A stretch of 64,000 bases of DNA from a candidate division FCPU426 bacterium (GTDB taxonomy: Bacteria > Oederibacteriota > PGYV01 > Palsa-1178), in contig CAWIXE010000002.1 in assembly GCA_963840035.1 (NCBI GenBank), positions 1,024,001-1,088,000 of the forward strand, read 5' to 3'. The notes beneath the pieces were generated by a model. The model ran no database searches. It was given only the letters and a program-made list of their open reading frames with translations, and was not told the origin of the DNA. A program made the translations under genes and the position numbers. Shown piece after piece: positions 18,733-29,222 of this stretch (within the stretch, counting starts at the first letter, position 1; each line of letters starts with the position of its first letter).

Positions 18733-20391
18733 TTATCCCGAGTAAGGCAGGATCTGGATTTCGCCGTTTTTCTCGACAAAGGTAGCGTACTTTAACTCAT
18801 CCGATATGGTTCGCTGGACTTTGTTTATCACTATTTTTACGCCGGTGTAAATTATGCCCAGGCAGCTTACTTTGCCTCTTTTGGTTGTCGACATTTCCTT
18901 TGCTTTCGCGTCAAGCTTGGACTTTGTTTCTTCCCATTTTTTCTGGTCGGTCATGAGCTTAAACTGCGTCCTGGTAAGTTTCGCGAGCATATCGCGTTTG
19001 TCGGGAGGCAATGCCCCGCCGGCTTTCGCGCTTAAGTCTTTAAGGAATATTATCCCTTTTTTTGTCTTATCAAGCTGTTCCTCGATATTTTTCAGTTCAG
19101 TGACCGCTTTATTCATCTCTTCCCTCATCTTGGGGGTTTCGCCGATGGATATTTCAGTCGGGGTCGCCATTTTCGCGCCCATTTCCTTCGCTGATACTTC
19201 GTGAGCGGCAGCGATCGTCCCGCCTACAAGCAGGCCTTTGGCACCCTGGACAAGTATTTTCTCGCCGGATATAAGCGTGGAATGCATGGCCGCTTCGTTG
19301 ACAATGATTGATTTTTCAGTTTCAACATTGGAGTTCCTGATGTATTTCGCGGTTACTTCCCCGCCGGCAGTCACTTTTGCCTTAACTATGCCGCCCTTAA
19401 CAGAAACCTTTCCTCCGCATATAAGCGTCGAGGAATCGGCTACATCGTCAATGATAATATCCTCGCCTGCTTTTATCGTGAATTCGCCGACACTTCCGTG
19501 GACTATTACGGTCCCCACGAAGTCAATATTGCCGATGGATAAATTAACATCGCCCTGTATTTCATATACTTCAAGAACTTCAAGTTTGTTGTTTTTATAA
19601 ACTACCTGTCCGTCATTTGCCGCTACAAAGAGTTCCGGGTTTCCTACGGCAGGTTCAACGCCTTTTCCAAATACAAACTTAACATCAGCGCCGGATGAAG
19701 CGGGTATTTCCTCGCCGGTAACGGTCATTCCGTTAATACCGTTCGTCGGGGATACTTTTCTCGCGAGAGCCTCGCCTTTTTTAACATTCTGAATCGATTT
19801 CACATTTTTATAATCAACTTTATCCTGATCCGCGCCTTCGGCGGCGGCGGCTTCGTTCATGGAAGTGTCTGACTGGAAAAGAAGCTCAAGTTTTGCGTCC
19901 TCGCCGTTAACCATGGAGGTGCCTTCGGCAACAATGTCCTCAATTGATTCCAGCAATATGGTGGGATCCATCCTGGCTTCAAGTCCTCTTTTTACAAGCG
20001 CCTGAATAATATTTTCTTTGAGGCCGAAAACCACTCCATTTTCAGTAAGCGCGGCTTTGGCTGTCTCGAGTGTTATATCCTTGCCGTTACCCTGCGGGGG
20101 AACGATGGTTAACATAGCCGACATTTTTTCGCTGTCAACTTTTACAAAAATCTGCCCGTCCTTTACGCTTACCTGTTCATGCACTATCAGGATCTGCTGA
20201 CCGGTTGACTCGCGTACCGCCCTTTCAACCATGGTCCAGTCAACATCCTTGCCTTTATAGGCGTCCTTTTCAAGCTCGGATTTAACAACTGAAAGGTCGA
20301 CTTTTTTCCCTTTGCCTTTTGGCGGGAAAACCGTCAGATAAAGCCCGTCTTCTTCCGTACTAATTGTAGGATAACCGTCCATGTCGACCAT
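18733..20391 (-). CDS. fapA: FapA/DUF342 family flagellar assembly protein
   Basis: ENGVVFG, G-x-TVTGE, GDVNLSIGNIDFVG beta-solenoid, C-terminal coiled coil. Confidence 0.88.
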   Translation of the reverse strand: MVDMDGYPTISTEEDGLYLTVFPPKGKGKKVDLSVVKSELEKDAYKGKDVDWTMVERAVRESTGQQILIVHEQVSVKDGQIFVKVDSEKMSAMLTIVPPQGNGKDITLETAKAALTENGVVFGLKENIIQALVKRGLEARMDPTILLESIEDIVAEGTSMVNGEDAKLELLFQSDTSMNEAAAAEGADQDKVDYKNVKSIQNVKKGEALARKVSPTNGINGMTVTGEEIPASSGADVKFVFGKGVEPAVGNPELFVAANDGQVVYKNNKLEVLEVYEIQGDVNLSIGNIDFVGTVIVHGSVGEFTIKAGEDIIIDDVADSSTLICGGKVSVKGGIVKAKVTAGGEVTAKYIRNSNVETEKSIIVNEAAMHSTLISGEKILVQGAKGLLVGGTIAAAHEVSAKEMGAKMATPTEISIGETPKMREEMNKAVTELKNIEEQLDKTKKGIIFLKDLSAKAGGALPPDKRDMLAKLTRTQFKLMTDQKKWEETKSKLDAKAKEMSTTKRGKVSCLGIIYTGVKIVINKVQRTISDELKYATFVEKNGEIQILPYSG

Positions 20392-20395
20392 TATG

Positions 20396-21166
20396 TCACC
20401 TCTCCCGTTCCAGTTTCCTGAAACCGCTCCTCAGTTTTATAATCAGTTTTGTATGTATCTGACACACCCTAGATTCAGACACATTCATCGCCATCCCTAT
20501 TTCCTTAAGCGTCAAACCATCCCAGTAATACATCTCAAGCATGGCTCTTTCTTCGTTATCAAACTTTTCTATGATTTCAGCGAGGTGGCTGACAGCTTCT
20601 TTTTTCTCAAATTTCTCGAGTGTGCTGTCACTTTCGCCCATTATGTCTTCAAAATAGAAAGAATCCCCATCGCTGCTAAGGATTTCACTGTCCATAGATA
20701 TAAGAGAAATCCCTTTCATTTTATCGAGTATAACATAAAACTCTTCCTTTGTCATCCTCATTTCTTTCATAATTTCCTCATCATTTGCGGGCCTTCCATA
20801 CTCCGATTCAAAGCGTATATAGGCCTGTTCCAGCTTTTTTATCTGTTCCCTGACGTTCTTTGGAAGCAGATCCTCCTTGCGCAGCGCGTCAATTATGGCG
20901 CCCCTAACCCTTTTTGACGCGAATGTCTCGAATTTGACGTTTTTTTCAAGGTCAAATTTGTCAATGGATTCCATGAGGCCTATTATGCCTTCAATATAAA
21001 GGTCTTCCTTGTCGTTTGAGCGTACTTCCTGCGGAAGGTGTGAGGCTATCCTGTCAGTCATGTATTTAACAAGGGGCATGTAGTTTTTTACAAGCAATTC
21101 CCTGTCTTTATCATTTTTATTCCTGACGTACCTTTTCCACAACTCGTCCGCATTGATATTGTCCAT
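20396..21166 (-). CDS. fliA: RNA polymerase sigma-28 FliA/SigD
   Basis: KFETFASKRVRGAIIDALRKED; LTLKEIG...VSESRVCQIH. Confidence 0.95.
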   Translation of the reverse strand: MDNINADELWKRYVRNKNDKDRELLVKNYMPLVKYMTDRIASHLPQEVRSNDKEDLYIEGIIGLMESIDKFDLEKNVKFETFASKRVRGAIIDALRKEDLLPKNVREQIKKLEQAYIRFESEYGRPANDEEIMKEMRMTKEEFYVILDKMKGISLISMDSEILSSDGDSFYFEDIMGESDSTLEKFEKKEAVSHLAEIIEKFDNEERAMLEMYYWDGLTLKEIGMAMNVSESRVCQIHTKLIIKLRSGFRKLERER

Positions 21167-21171
21167 AGCCC

Positions 21172-21525
21172 CTATTTTCCGTAAATATCATCAAATAAAT
21201 CGTCATCCACTTTGGTAACAATGTCTAATTTCTTTCCTTTTATCGGATCGCTTTTCTTTAAACCCGCCGGTTTTTCCGCCGGCATGTTTTTTTTATCAGC
21301 TGTAAATTCTTTAACGGCAGTTTCCGGGCCGTTTTTACCGGCGAAAACCAGCTTTAAGGAATAGAAAACAGCGATAAAAACAATTACTCCTGTTATTACC
21401 GCGGATAAGACTATTTTAATGATATCCGCGTCATTTACATTTATAAGCCCGCCGATAAAAAAGCCCAATACCCCGGCTAAGATAGCGGCTTCAGCGTATG
21501 TTTTATTATCAGTTTGTCCGCTCAT
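21172..21525 (-). CDS. Hypothetical 2-TM membrane protein
   Basis: Two hydrophobic segments; overlaps the PilZ stop. Confidence 0.7.
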   Translation of the reverse strand: MSGQTDNKTYAEAAILAGVLGFFIGGLINVNDADIIKIVLSAVITGVIVFIAVFYSLKLVFAGKNGPETAVKEFTADKKNMPAEKPAGLKKSDPIKGKKLDIVTKVDDDLFDDIYGK

Positions 21526-21890
21526 TTTTTCTTGTTGGGTTTGGCTTTTACGCCTTCCCTGAGTATGTATTTGATCAGCCTGTCCTGGTCCGGGCCTTCC
21601 AGGTCCTTGAATTTGATAACAGCCTCAAACTGGCCGCCCGATATTTCCTTCATGCCGATTATGGTTCCTGCTGTATCTATCGGCTTTTCCCCGGGAAGCT
21701 TTACCGCTATTTCAAGCAGCGTCCCTTTTTCTATCTTCTTAGGGACAAACATGGTCATGCCGTTCCCGCTTATAGTGTCGGTAAACGATGTATTCGGGGC
21801 TATAGCGGTGCTTGCGAACCTTTCTATTATTACCTTATACTCGATCTCAACCCTTTTCTGAAGCCTTACGTGATCCCTTCTTTCAGCCAT
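21522..21890 (-). CDS. Single-domain PilZ protein (c-di-GMP receptor candidate)
   Basis: ERRDHVRL (RxxxR) and TISGNG (D/NxSxxG-like). Confidence 0.8.
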   Translation of the reverse strand: MAERRDHVRLQKRVEIEYKVIIERFASTAIAPNTSFTDTISGNGMTMFVPKKIEKGTLLEIAVKLPGEKPIDTAGTIIGMKEISGGQFEAVIKFKDLEGPDQDRLIKYILREGVKAKPNKKK

Positions 21891-21907
21891 ATTGCACCCC
21901 CTTTATT

Positions 21908-22864
21908 TCATTTGAATAATTCAAATATTCTTTTAAAGACATTTCCCGCAGCCGCGTTCTTTAAGGCGCCCGCGCTGCCGGCTTCCCTTGTCATGCGCTG
22001 TGATATTTTCGCTGCTATTTCCTTTATGCATTCAGACGCCCTGGAATTCGGATGGAGCACCGTGTAGGGACGCTGGGCCATTACGCTTGAAAGCACATTT
22101 TTATCCCTGTAAATAAAGCCATATGATTCCACAAAGGTATTTAGAAAGCGGCGGGCTAAAAGCACCACCCTTGACGCGATTTCCTTTGCCTCTTCCTTTG
22201 AATTAACCATGTTTACTATGAGCTTAAGGGGCACTGTTGATTTATTCATGGATGATACTTTTATAAGACCATAAGCATCCATTAACGCCGTAGGTTCCGG
22301 AGTGGTGACTACGATGGAATAATCAGAGGCGTATATGAAGCTCATTGTGTTTCTGCTTATGCCGGCTCCCGTGTCTATGAGCAGTACATCCACCATATCC
22401 TCAAGCTCAGATATCTTTTCAATAAATTCAGAACGCTGCTGATTGCTTAAGTTGACAAGCTCCTTAACACCCGATCCGCTGGCAATTACCTTAATGCCGT
22501 ACTCTGTCTCAGTTATTATATCCTTAATGTCCTTTTCCCCGCGCAGGACATGCACCAGGTTATATTTGGGGTTAATACCGAGCAATATGTCAATATTCGC
22601 AAGGCCTAAATCCGCGTCCAGTATCATTACGCGGTTTCCCATCTTGGATAGTTCAAGCGCCACGTTAACCGTAAAATTAGACTTGCCAACCCCGCCTTTT
22701 CCGCTGGCAACGGCTATGACCTTGGTTGTGGGCCTTGCTTCATGCGAATCAACTATCTCCTCGCCTGTCTCGGGGTCAATTTCTCCGCCGCCTTCAGGGG
22801 ATGCGTTCATTGATTCCTGTTTTCTGGATTTTACGAGTTCCCTTAGCCTCTCTGCCTGATCCAT
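21908..22864 (-). CDS. flhG: MinD-like flagellar number regulator FlhG/FleN
   Basis: N-terminal DQAERLR; SGKGGVGKS; DADLGLANID; TTPEPTA. Confidence 0.93.
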   Translation of the reverse strand: MDQAERLRELVKSRKQESMNASPEGGGEIDPETGEEIVDSHEARPTTKVIAVASGKGGVGKSNFTVNVALELSKMGNRVMILDADLGLANIDILLGINPKYNLVHVLRGEKDIKDIITETEYGIKVIASGSGVKELVNLSNQQRSEFIEKISELEDMVDVLLIDTGAGISRNTMSFIYASDYSIVVTTPEPTALMDAYGLIKVSSMNKSTVPLKLIVNMVNSKEEAKEIASRVVLLARRFLNTFVESYGFIYRDKNVLSSVMAQRPYTVLHPNSRASECIKEIAAKISQRMTREAGSAGALKNAAAGNVFKRIFELFK

Positions 22865-24087
22865 GTTTCAAAATCTCCTTTGATGACAAGTCTGGATATT
22901 ACTTTTGGGTCCGCGATTTCAAGGTCATCCGGCACTGTCTGCCCGACCGTTAAAAATGATACCGGGATACCGCCTGAACCAACTGAAAGGTTAAGGAGCA
23001 TTCCGTAGTTTTTGGTCTCGTCAAGTTTGGTAAAAAGCATCCTGTGTATGGGGACCATACCAAAATTATTAATAACGCTTAAAGCGTCATAATACTTTGT
23101 CATGGCGCTGATGACTATATGTGTTTCAATAGGGGAATGCACTTCAAGGAATTCCTTGAGTTCCGCCAGATGCTGCCTGTTCCTGGGGCTCCTGCCTGCC
23201 GTGTCAAAAAATATGAGATCCTTATCCATGTGCTTGTTAATTACCTTTTTAAAATCAGAAGGCGTCAGTACAATTTCCACCGGAATCCCCATTATCTCGC
23301 CGTATTTCTTAAGCTGCAGGTCCGCCGCTATCCTGTAAGTATCCGCCGTAACCATCACGACGCTTTTGCCTTCTATGAGCGCGTACTTCGCTGCCAGTTT
23401 GGCTATGGTGGTTGTTTTTCCTACGCCCGTGGGGCCTATGAATGCCACTACTTTAGAGCTTCCCGGCGTTGTTTTAATCGGCCCGGATACCTGCACCATG
23501 TTCGCTATATAATCAAGAAGGTATTGCTCCATGAAGACTTTATTATTTATCTGAGTATCATTTAACTGCGCGTTTATATTCTGAAGCGTGCGGTATACAA
23601 GGCTTTCCTCAACTCCGTTCTCAATTAACATTTTCTGTATGCGTCCTATACCCTGTTTTAAACTCACGGCAGGCTGCATGGAAGACATTGTCTCGCGCTG
23701 AGGACGCATGGCTGAATTTAAAGCCACTTTGCCTTCACTTAATTCCCTGGCAAGGGCTTCATTTTTCATGGAAATATCTTCAACCCGGTTATATACGGGC
23801 TGCATGGGTTCAAGACGCGGCTGGATATGATGCTGCTGGGATGATTTTTGTTGCTGATTATTTTGCTGCGGTGAATACCGCTGGGGTTCATTCATTGACT
23901 GGCGGGGTTTCTCGACATTGATGTCTATTCCAGCGGTTACTTCAGTCATTTCCCTTCCAAAAAGCCCGAACACCCCGCCTTTTTTATACTTTTTCGTATG
24001 AAGTATGACAGCTTCCGGGCCGAAATCCCTCTTAACTTTGGCGAGCGCTTCCTGGAGTGTGTCTGCCTCGTATTTTTTGATCCTCAT
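22843..24087 (-). CDS. flhF: SRP-type GTPase FlhF
   Basis: GPTGVGKTTTIAKLAA, DTAGRS, TKLDE, GQTVPDD. Confidence 0.95.
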   Translation of the reverse strand: MRIKKYEADTLQEALAKVKRDFGPEAVILHTKKYKKGGVFGLFGREMTEVTAGIDINVEKPRQSMNEPQRYSPQQNNQQQKSSQQHHIQPRLEPMQPVYNRVEDISMKNEALARELSEGKVALNSAMRPQRETMSSMQPAVSLKQGIGRIQKMLIENGVEESLVYRTLQNINAQLNDTQINNKVFMEQYLLDYIANMVQVSGPIKTTPGSSKVVAFIGPTGVGKTTTIAKLAAKYALIEGKSVVMVTADTYRIAADLQLKKYGEIMGIPVEIVLTPSDFKKVINKHMDKDLIFFDTAGRSPRNRQHLAELKEFLEVHSPIETHIVISAMTKYYDALSVINNFGMVPIHRMLFTKLDETKNYGMLLNLSVGSGGIPVSFLTVGQTVPDDLEIADPKVISRLVIKGDFETWIRQRG

Positions 24088-26183
24088 ATATCAACTTTCA
24101 CCGTCCCTACAGCGCGGACCTCAACTTTAGGAAGGATCTCGTTGTATGAAAGAACGGCAAGATTTGGCAGTATCTTCTCCGCGATTTTCCTGAAATAACT
24201 TCTGATAATAGGCGAGCAGAGTATGACCGGGTCATATTCAGTGCTGGCGCTTTTTCTGTATTCCTGGATTAAGCTGTTATATATCATCTGGATAACCCTT
24301 GGTTCAAGTCCGATAATACCCGGCCTGTCGGATGCCCTGACAGAATCAACTATCTTCTGCTCAAGCCCCGAATCAAGTGTTATGGCGTACATAATGCCGT
24401 TCTTGGTATGCTTGCTTGTGAACTGCCGCGCCATACCCTGCCTTACAAACTCCGTTAACAGGTCTGTTTCTTTTGTGGTTTTCGCGTAGTCAGCAAGTAT
24501 TTCAAATATGGAAACAAGGTCCCTGATGGAAACTTTTTCCCTTAATAAATTCTGCAGTACTTTCTGGACATCGCCCAGCGAAAGCGCGCCCGGGACAAGC
24601 TCGTCTACAACAGCCGGATTGTTCTTTCTGACTACTTCCACGAGTTTCTGGACATCCTGCCTTGTTAAAAGCTCGTCAGAATGTGTCTTAATGATCTCTG
24701 ATAAGTGCGTGGACATAACCGAAGGCACATCCACGACAGTATAGCCTTTCATTTCAGCTTTTTTCTTTTCATCCTCTTTAATCCACTTTGCCGGCAGGTT
24801 AAATGCCGGGTCTTTGCCGGCCACGCCGTCTAAATCAGAACCGTCAGATCCTGGCTTCATGGCAAGGTAATAACCTATCTCAACCTTGCCTGAGGATACT
24901 TCAACACCCTTAATTTTAATTGAATATGAGTTCGACGGCAGCTGCATGTTGTCCCTGATCCTGATGGGCGGCACCACAAGCCCCAGGTCAATGGCTATCT
25001 GTTTGCGGAGCATTGTCACCCTGTCCAGAAGATCCCCGCCCTGTGATGGGTCTACAAGCGGTATGAGGGCAAAACCTATCTCAAGCTCCATGGTATCAAC
25101 CTGTATAAGCGGCATGACATTCTCAGGCTCGCGCTTGACTTCTTCCTTGTCTTTTTTAACGGCTTCTTCTTCCTCTGTTTTCTTGACAGCCAGGTTCAGC
25201 GTATACGCCAGTATCCAGGCAGCGATGGCGATTATGAAGAATAATACTTTAACCAGCGGCGACGGAAATACAACGCCCAGAAGGAAGAGCACAATTCCCA
25301 CAATGCTGATGGCCCTTGGTTGCCCGAGCATTTCTTCCGCAAAATCCTGCCCGAGATTGGCTTCAGAGGCAGCCCTGGTTACTATAATACCTGTTCCGAC
25401 CGATAATAAAAGCGCGGGTATCTGTGTAACAAGGCCTTCGCCGATGGTCAGTATGGTGTATGTTATGGCTGCTTTTGAAAGTGAGAAGCCGTGGAACATT
25501 ATTCCTATGAAGAATCCCGCTACGATGTTAATGATAACAATAACTATGGCGGCTATCGCGTCTCCGCGCACAAATTTTGAGGCACCGTCCATGGCGCCGT
25601 AGAAGTCAGCTTCCTTTTCTATAGACCTGCGCCTTGCCCTTGCCTGTTCATCTGTTATAAGGCCTGCGTTTAAGTCAGCGTCTATGGACATCTGTTTGCC
25701 CGGCATGGCGTCCAAAGTAAAACGCGCCGCCACTTCGGCGACTCGCTGCGCGCCGGAAGTGATTACGACAAACTGGACAAGAATTATAATGGCGAAAATA
25801 ACGAGACCTACCACCAGGCCGCTGAAATCCGCGGACCCTACGACAAAGTTCCCGAACGTTTCTATGACCTTACCCGCCTCAGCTTTGCTTAAAATTAACC
25901 GGGTAGCGGATATGTTAAGGGCAAGCCTGAATACGGTTGTTATAAGAAGAAGCGTCGGGAAAGTGGAAAAGTGCAGAGGTTCCTGGGTATATACGGTAAC
26001 CAGAAGTATCAATAAAGCAAGGGCAATATTCAATGTAAGCAGTACATCAAGCAGCCATGTGGGCATGGGTACAACTATCATGAGTACTACAGCTATAATA
26101 GCCATAACTATGACAAGGTCTACCGACCTTCTCATAGCAAATGCAAGGCCGGCTTTGTTATTGTCCGCGGCTCCGTTTGCCAT
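24084..26183 (-). CDS. flhA: Flagellar export gate FlhA
   Basis: RVAEVAARFTLDAMPGKQMSIDADL, FYGAMDGASKFVRGDA. Confidence 0.98.
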   Translation of the reverse strand: MANGAADNNKAGLAFAMRRSVDLVIVMAIIAVVLMIVVPMPTWLLDVLLTLNIALALLILLVTVYTQEPLHFSTFPTLLLITTVFRLALNISATRLILSKAEAGKVIETFGNFVVGSADFSGLVVGLVIFAIIILVQFVVITSGAQRVAEVAARFTLDAMPGKQMSIDADLNAGLITDEQARARRRSIEKEADFYGAMDGASKFVRGDAIAAIVIVIINIVAGFFIGIMFHGFSLSKAAITYTILTIGEGLVTQIPALLLSVGTGIIVTRAASEANLGQDFAEEMLGQPRAISIVGIVLFLLGVVFPSPLVKVLFFIIAIAAWILAYTLNLAVKKTEEEEAVKKDKEEVKREPENVMPLIQVDTMELEIGFALIPLVDPSQGGDLLDRVTMLRKQIAIDLGLVVPPIRIRDNMQLPSNSYSIKIKGVEVSSGKVEIGYYLAMKPGSDGSDLDGVAGKDPAFNLPAKWIKEDEKKKAEMKGYTVVDVPSVMSTHLSEIIKTHSDELLTRQDVQKLVEVVRKNNPAVVDELVPGALSLGDVQKVLQNLLREKVSIRDLVSIFEILADYAKTTKETDLLTEFVRQGMARQFTSKHTKNGIMYAITLDSGLEQKIVDSVRASDRPGIIGLEPRVIQMIYNSLIQEYRKSASTEYDPVILCSPIIRSYFRKIAEKILPNLAVLSYNEILPKVEVRAVGTVKVDI

Positions 26184-26185
26184 AA

Positions 26186-27322
26186 CTAACTACCTCCGAT
26201 CTCCGGATTGGGTATATATTTATCAGCTAAAATACTATTATCCACTTTTTTCGTATTTTCTTCAAGTCTTATTTTTCCCTTTGCCTGATAGACAAAAGCC
26301 AGGATTTCAGCCACAGCCTGGAATAATTCGTTGGGTATTTCCCACCCTACTTCAAGCTTAACAAGCGCCCTTGCAAGCGGCGGATTAGGTACTATAATAA
26401 CCTGGTTTGCCCTGGCTATTTCCTTAACTTTTTCAGCCATCAGGTTTATGCCCTTTGCCACTACAGTCGGCGCGCCATCCACACCCTCTTTGTAGCGCAG
26501 GGCGACGGCAATGTGGGTCGGATTCGTTATTACCACGTCAGCCTGTGGGATTTCCGATATCATCCTCTTGCGGGCCAGCTCGCGCTGCACCTGCCTTATC
26601 CTGGCTTTTATGATGGGGTCGCCCTCCATCTGCTTCATCTCGTCTTTTACTTCCTGCTTGGACATCTTAAGGTTGTCTTCAAACTCGTACTTCTGGAAAA
26701 GGTAATCCAGTATTGAAAATATGACAAAAGCCACAATAAGTTTCATCCCGAGCTTGTATACCGCCGCCGCGGAAAAAAGAAAGTATGTATTTACATCCAT
26801 GAGCGGCGTTAAAAATATGTCATCCAGGATCTTTTTAACCGCCGAATAAAATATGTATACTATAACCACAATCTTAACGACAGCTTTCACTATTTCAAAG
26901 ATAATCCTCTTTGAAAGAAAGAGCCGCTGAAAACCCTTTGCCGGGTTTATTCTGTCGATACTCGGCTTCAAAGGCTCAAAAGAAACCATGAATCCTACCT
27001 GCGCGACATTTGATATGACGCCCATTAAGAAAACCGCGGCAAGCAGGGGCAGGAGTATCATTATTAATTTGAGTATTATTTCCGTCGTAAACGGCATGAT
27101 CATATTCATGTCTATGGGGGTGCTAAGCACGCTGCTCCATATTTTTGCGGATACTTCCTTCATCTGATGAAAGATGTATTCTCCGGTTATCTTCAGTATC
27201 AAAAAAGATACAAGCACGTTTAATACCGCGTTGATCTCCATAGATCTGGCAACCTGCCCCTTTTTTCTGGCTTCATCCTTGCGCTTTGGGGTGGCGTTCT
27301 CTGTTTTTCCGGGATCTGCCAT
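26186..27322 (-). CDS. flhB: Export switch FlhB
   Basis: KTENATPKR; NPTH autocleavage motif. Confidence 0.97.
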   Translation of the reverse strand: MADPGKTENATPKRKDEARKKGQVARSMEINAVLNVLVSFLILKITGEYIFHQMKEVSAKIWSSVLSTPIDMNMIMPFTTEIILKLIMILLPLLAAVFLMGVISNVAQVGFMVSFEPLKPSIDRINPAKGFQRLFLSKRIIFEIVKAVVKIVVIVYIFYSAVKKILDDIFLTPLMDVNTYFLFSAAAVYKLGMKLIVAFVIFSILDYLFQKYEFEDNLKMSKQEVKDEMKQMEGDPIIKARIRQVQRELARKRMISEIPQADVVITNPTHIAVALRYKEGVDGAPTVVAKGINLMAEKVKEIARANQVIIVPNPPLARALVKLEVGWEIPNELFQAVAEILAFVYQAKGKIRLEENTKKVDNSILADKYIPNPEIGGS

Positions 27323-27323
27323 G

Positions 27324-28112
27324 TTAAACCCTCATGCTCTGTATAAGATAGTAAATATCATTCCACATGTCCGTCATAAGCGCGCTGAAGAGGTTTACGA
27401 TAATGGGCATTGATATCATGACAGCCACAAGGCCTACAAGTATGTTCAGCGGAAGGCCTACCATAAAAACATTCATCTGGGGTATGGTCCTGGCAATGAA
27501 TCCCAGTGTTACGTTTGTCAAAAGCAGCGCCAGAGTGGCAGGTCCGGCAATCTTGAAGGCTATTATGAACATGTTATAAAACAGGTCAGCCAGTTTCGTT
27601 GTGGTTTCTTCCGATACGCCTACTTTTAAAAGCGGCACAATCCTAAAACTGTCAACCATAGCCTGAAAAAGGACGTGGTGGCCGTTTATTGTCAGGAAAA
27701 TAAGCACCCCGAGAATAAACTGGAACTGGCCGATGATTGATACCTGCGTATTTGACATCGGATCAATAACATTTACGATGCCAAACCCCATCTGAAGGTC
27801 AATGATCTGCCCTGAAAGCTGTATGGCTATGAAGACCATATAGGTTGAAAACCCGAGTATGACCCCAAGTATTATTTGGTTAAGCACAAGCAGTCCGTAT
27901 GACATCGTATTTGTAGGCAGAACCAAGTTATGGTCAAGAACCGGATACAGTATGAAAGCGACTAAAAAAGCGAACCCTATTTTGACTATCACGGGTATGT
28001 TTCTGCTTCCGATTATAGGCGCTGTCATGAAGATCGAAGTAACCCTGACAAATACGAGCAGAAAAATCTGAAGCTGGTTTAATGCCATATTGAGAAGGTC
28101 TGTATACTGCAT
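27324..28112 (-). CDS. fliR: Export gate FliR
   Basis: GQIIDLQMGF, INGHH, PQMNVF. Confidence 0.95.
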   Translation of the reverse strand: MQYTDLLNMALNQLQIFLLVFVRVTSIFMTAPIIGSRNIPVIVKIGFAFLVAFILYPVLDHNLVLPTNTMSYGLLVLNQIILGVILGFSTYMVFIAIQLSGQIIDLQMGFGIVNVIDPMSNTQVSIIGQFQFILGVLIFLTINGHHVLFQAMVDSFRIVPLLKVGVSEETTTKLADLFYNMFIIAFKIAGPATLALLLTNVTLGFIARTIPQMNVFMVGLPLNILVGLVAVMISMPIIVNLFSALMTDMWNDIYYLIQSMRV

Positions 28113-28116
28113 GGCC

Positions 28117-28389
28117 TTACATTTTCATGTATTCGGGCAGGTTTAAGAAAAGCGTGGTGGTGAAGTTAATGAGTATCCTTAAAATCCAGGGCCCGAAAAC
28201 GATGACTGTCAGCATCACAACTATTATTTTTGGCACAAAAGTAAGTGTCATTTCCTGTATCTGAGTCACAGCCTGGAAAATGCTTATGATAACACCGATT
28301 AAAAGGGCAAACCCTAAAAGCGGGGCGGATACTATAAGGGTAACAAGGAGCGCTTCCCTTCCTAAGTTAGTTACAAATTCAATGCTCAT
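28117..28389 (-). CDS. fliQ: Export gate FliQ
   Basis: FQAVTQIQEMTLTFVPKI. Confidence 0.96.
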   Translation of the reverse strand: MSIEFVTNLGREALLVTLIVSAPLLGFALLIGVIISIFQAVTQIQEMTLTFVPKIIVVMLTVIVFGPWILRILINFTTTLFLNLPEYMKM

Positions 28390-28421
28390 TCTGCACCTTT
28401 TGTTTCTATGATTTATGACAC

Positions 28422-28454
28422 AATTTGTAATTTGTCATTGGTAATTAGTAATTA
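28422..28454. repeat. Degenerate heptamer tandem repeat (aattNgt)
   Basis: aatttgt aatttgt cattggt aattagt. Confidence 0.6.
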
Positions 28455-28460
28455 AGCCCT

Positions 28461-29222
28461 CTAAAAGCTTACTATTAAAGCCCTCGCGATAAGATGCCAG
28501 CCGTCTACAAGTATGAAAAGCAGTATTTTAAACGGCAATGAAATCATTACGGGCGGCAACATCATCATACCCATGGACATTAAGACGCTTGCCACCACCA
28601 TGTCTATAATCAGGAATGGTATGTATATCATGAAACCAACTGTAAACGCGGTCTTTAATTCGCTTATGATAAATGCCGGTATGAGTACGGTAGTCGGGAC
28701 TCCGTCCTGATTTTTCGGACGGGCTGTTTTTGACAGGAATATAAAAAGCGCAAGGTCCTTTTCCCTTGTCTGTTTGAACATAAAAAGCCTTAAAGGCTTT
28801 ACAGCCGCTTTCATGGAATCATCTATGGTTATTTTATTGTCAACATACGGTTTCCAGGCCTTGTCATATATTTCCTGCCCCGTAGGCATCATAATAAAAA
28901 ATGTCATAAAAAGCGCGAGCCCTATAAGAATCTGGTTCGGCGGTATCTGCTGGCTTCCAAGCGCCTGCCTTAGGAATGATAGCACAATGACGATCCTTGT
29001 AAAAGAAGTCATGAGCATCAGTATGGCCGGGGCCATGGTTAAAATGGTCAAAAGAAGTATTATCTGTATGGAAGCCGCCACGTCTTTCGGGGTATTCGCG
29101 TTGGTAACGCTTATCCCTATCTTCGGTATGGTTATCTCGGCAAAAACGCTGCTGAAGGCAAACACGCACATCATCAGCACCGAAACAGCTATGATACTTT
29201 TTTTGATCCACTTGGATTTCAT
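28461..29222 (-). CDS. fliP: Export gate FliP
   Basis: TSFTRIVIVL, PPNQ, ISELKTAF, GMMMLPP. Confidence 0.97.
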   Translation of the reverse strand: MKSKWIKKSIIAVSVLMMCVFAFSSVFAEITIPKIGISVTNANTPKDVAASIQIILLLTILTMAPAILMLMTSFTRIVIVLSFLRQALGSQQIPPNQILIGLALFMTFFIMMPTGQEIYDKAWKPYVDNKITIDDSMKAAVKPLRLFMFKQTREKDLALFIFLSKTARPKNQDGVPTTVLIPAFIISELKTAFTVGFMIYIPFLIIDMVVASVLMSMGMMMLPPVMISLPFKILLFILVDGWHLIARALIVSF

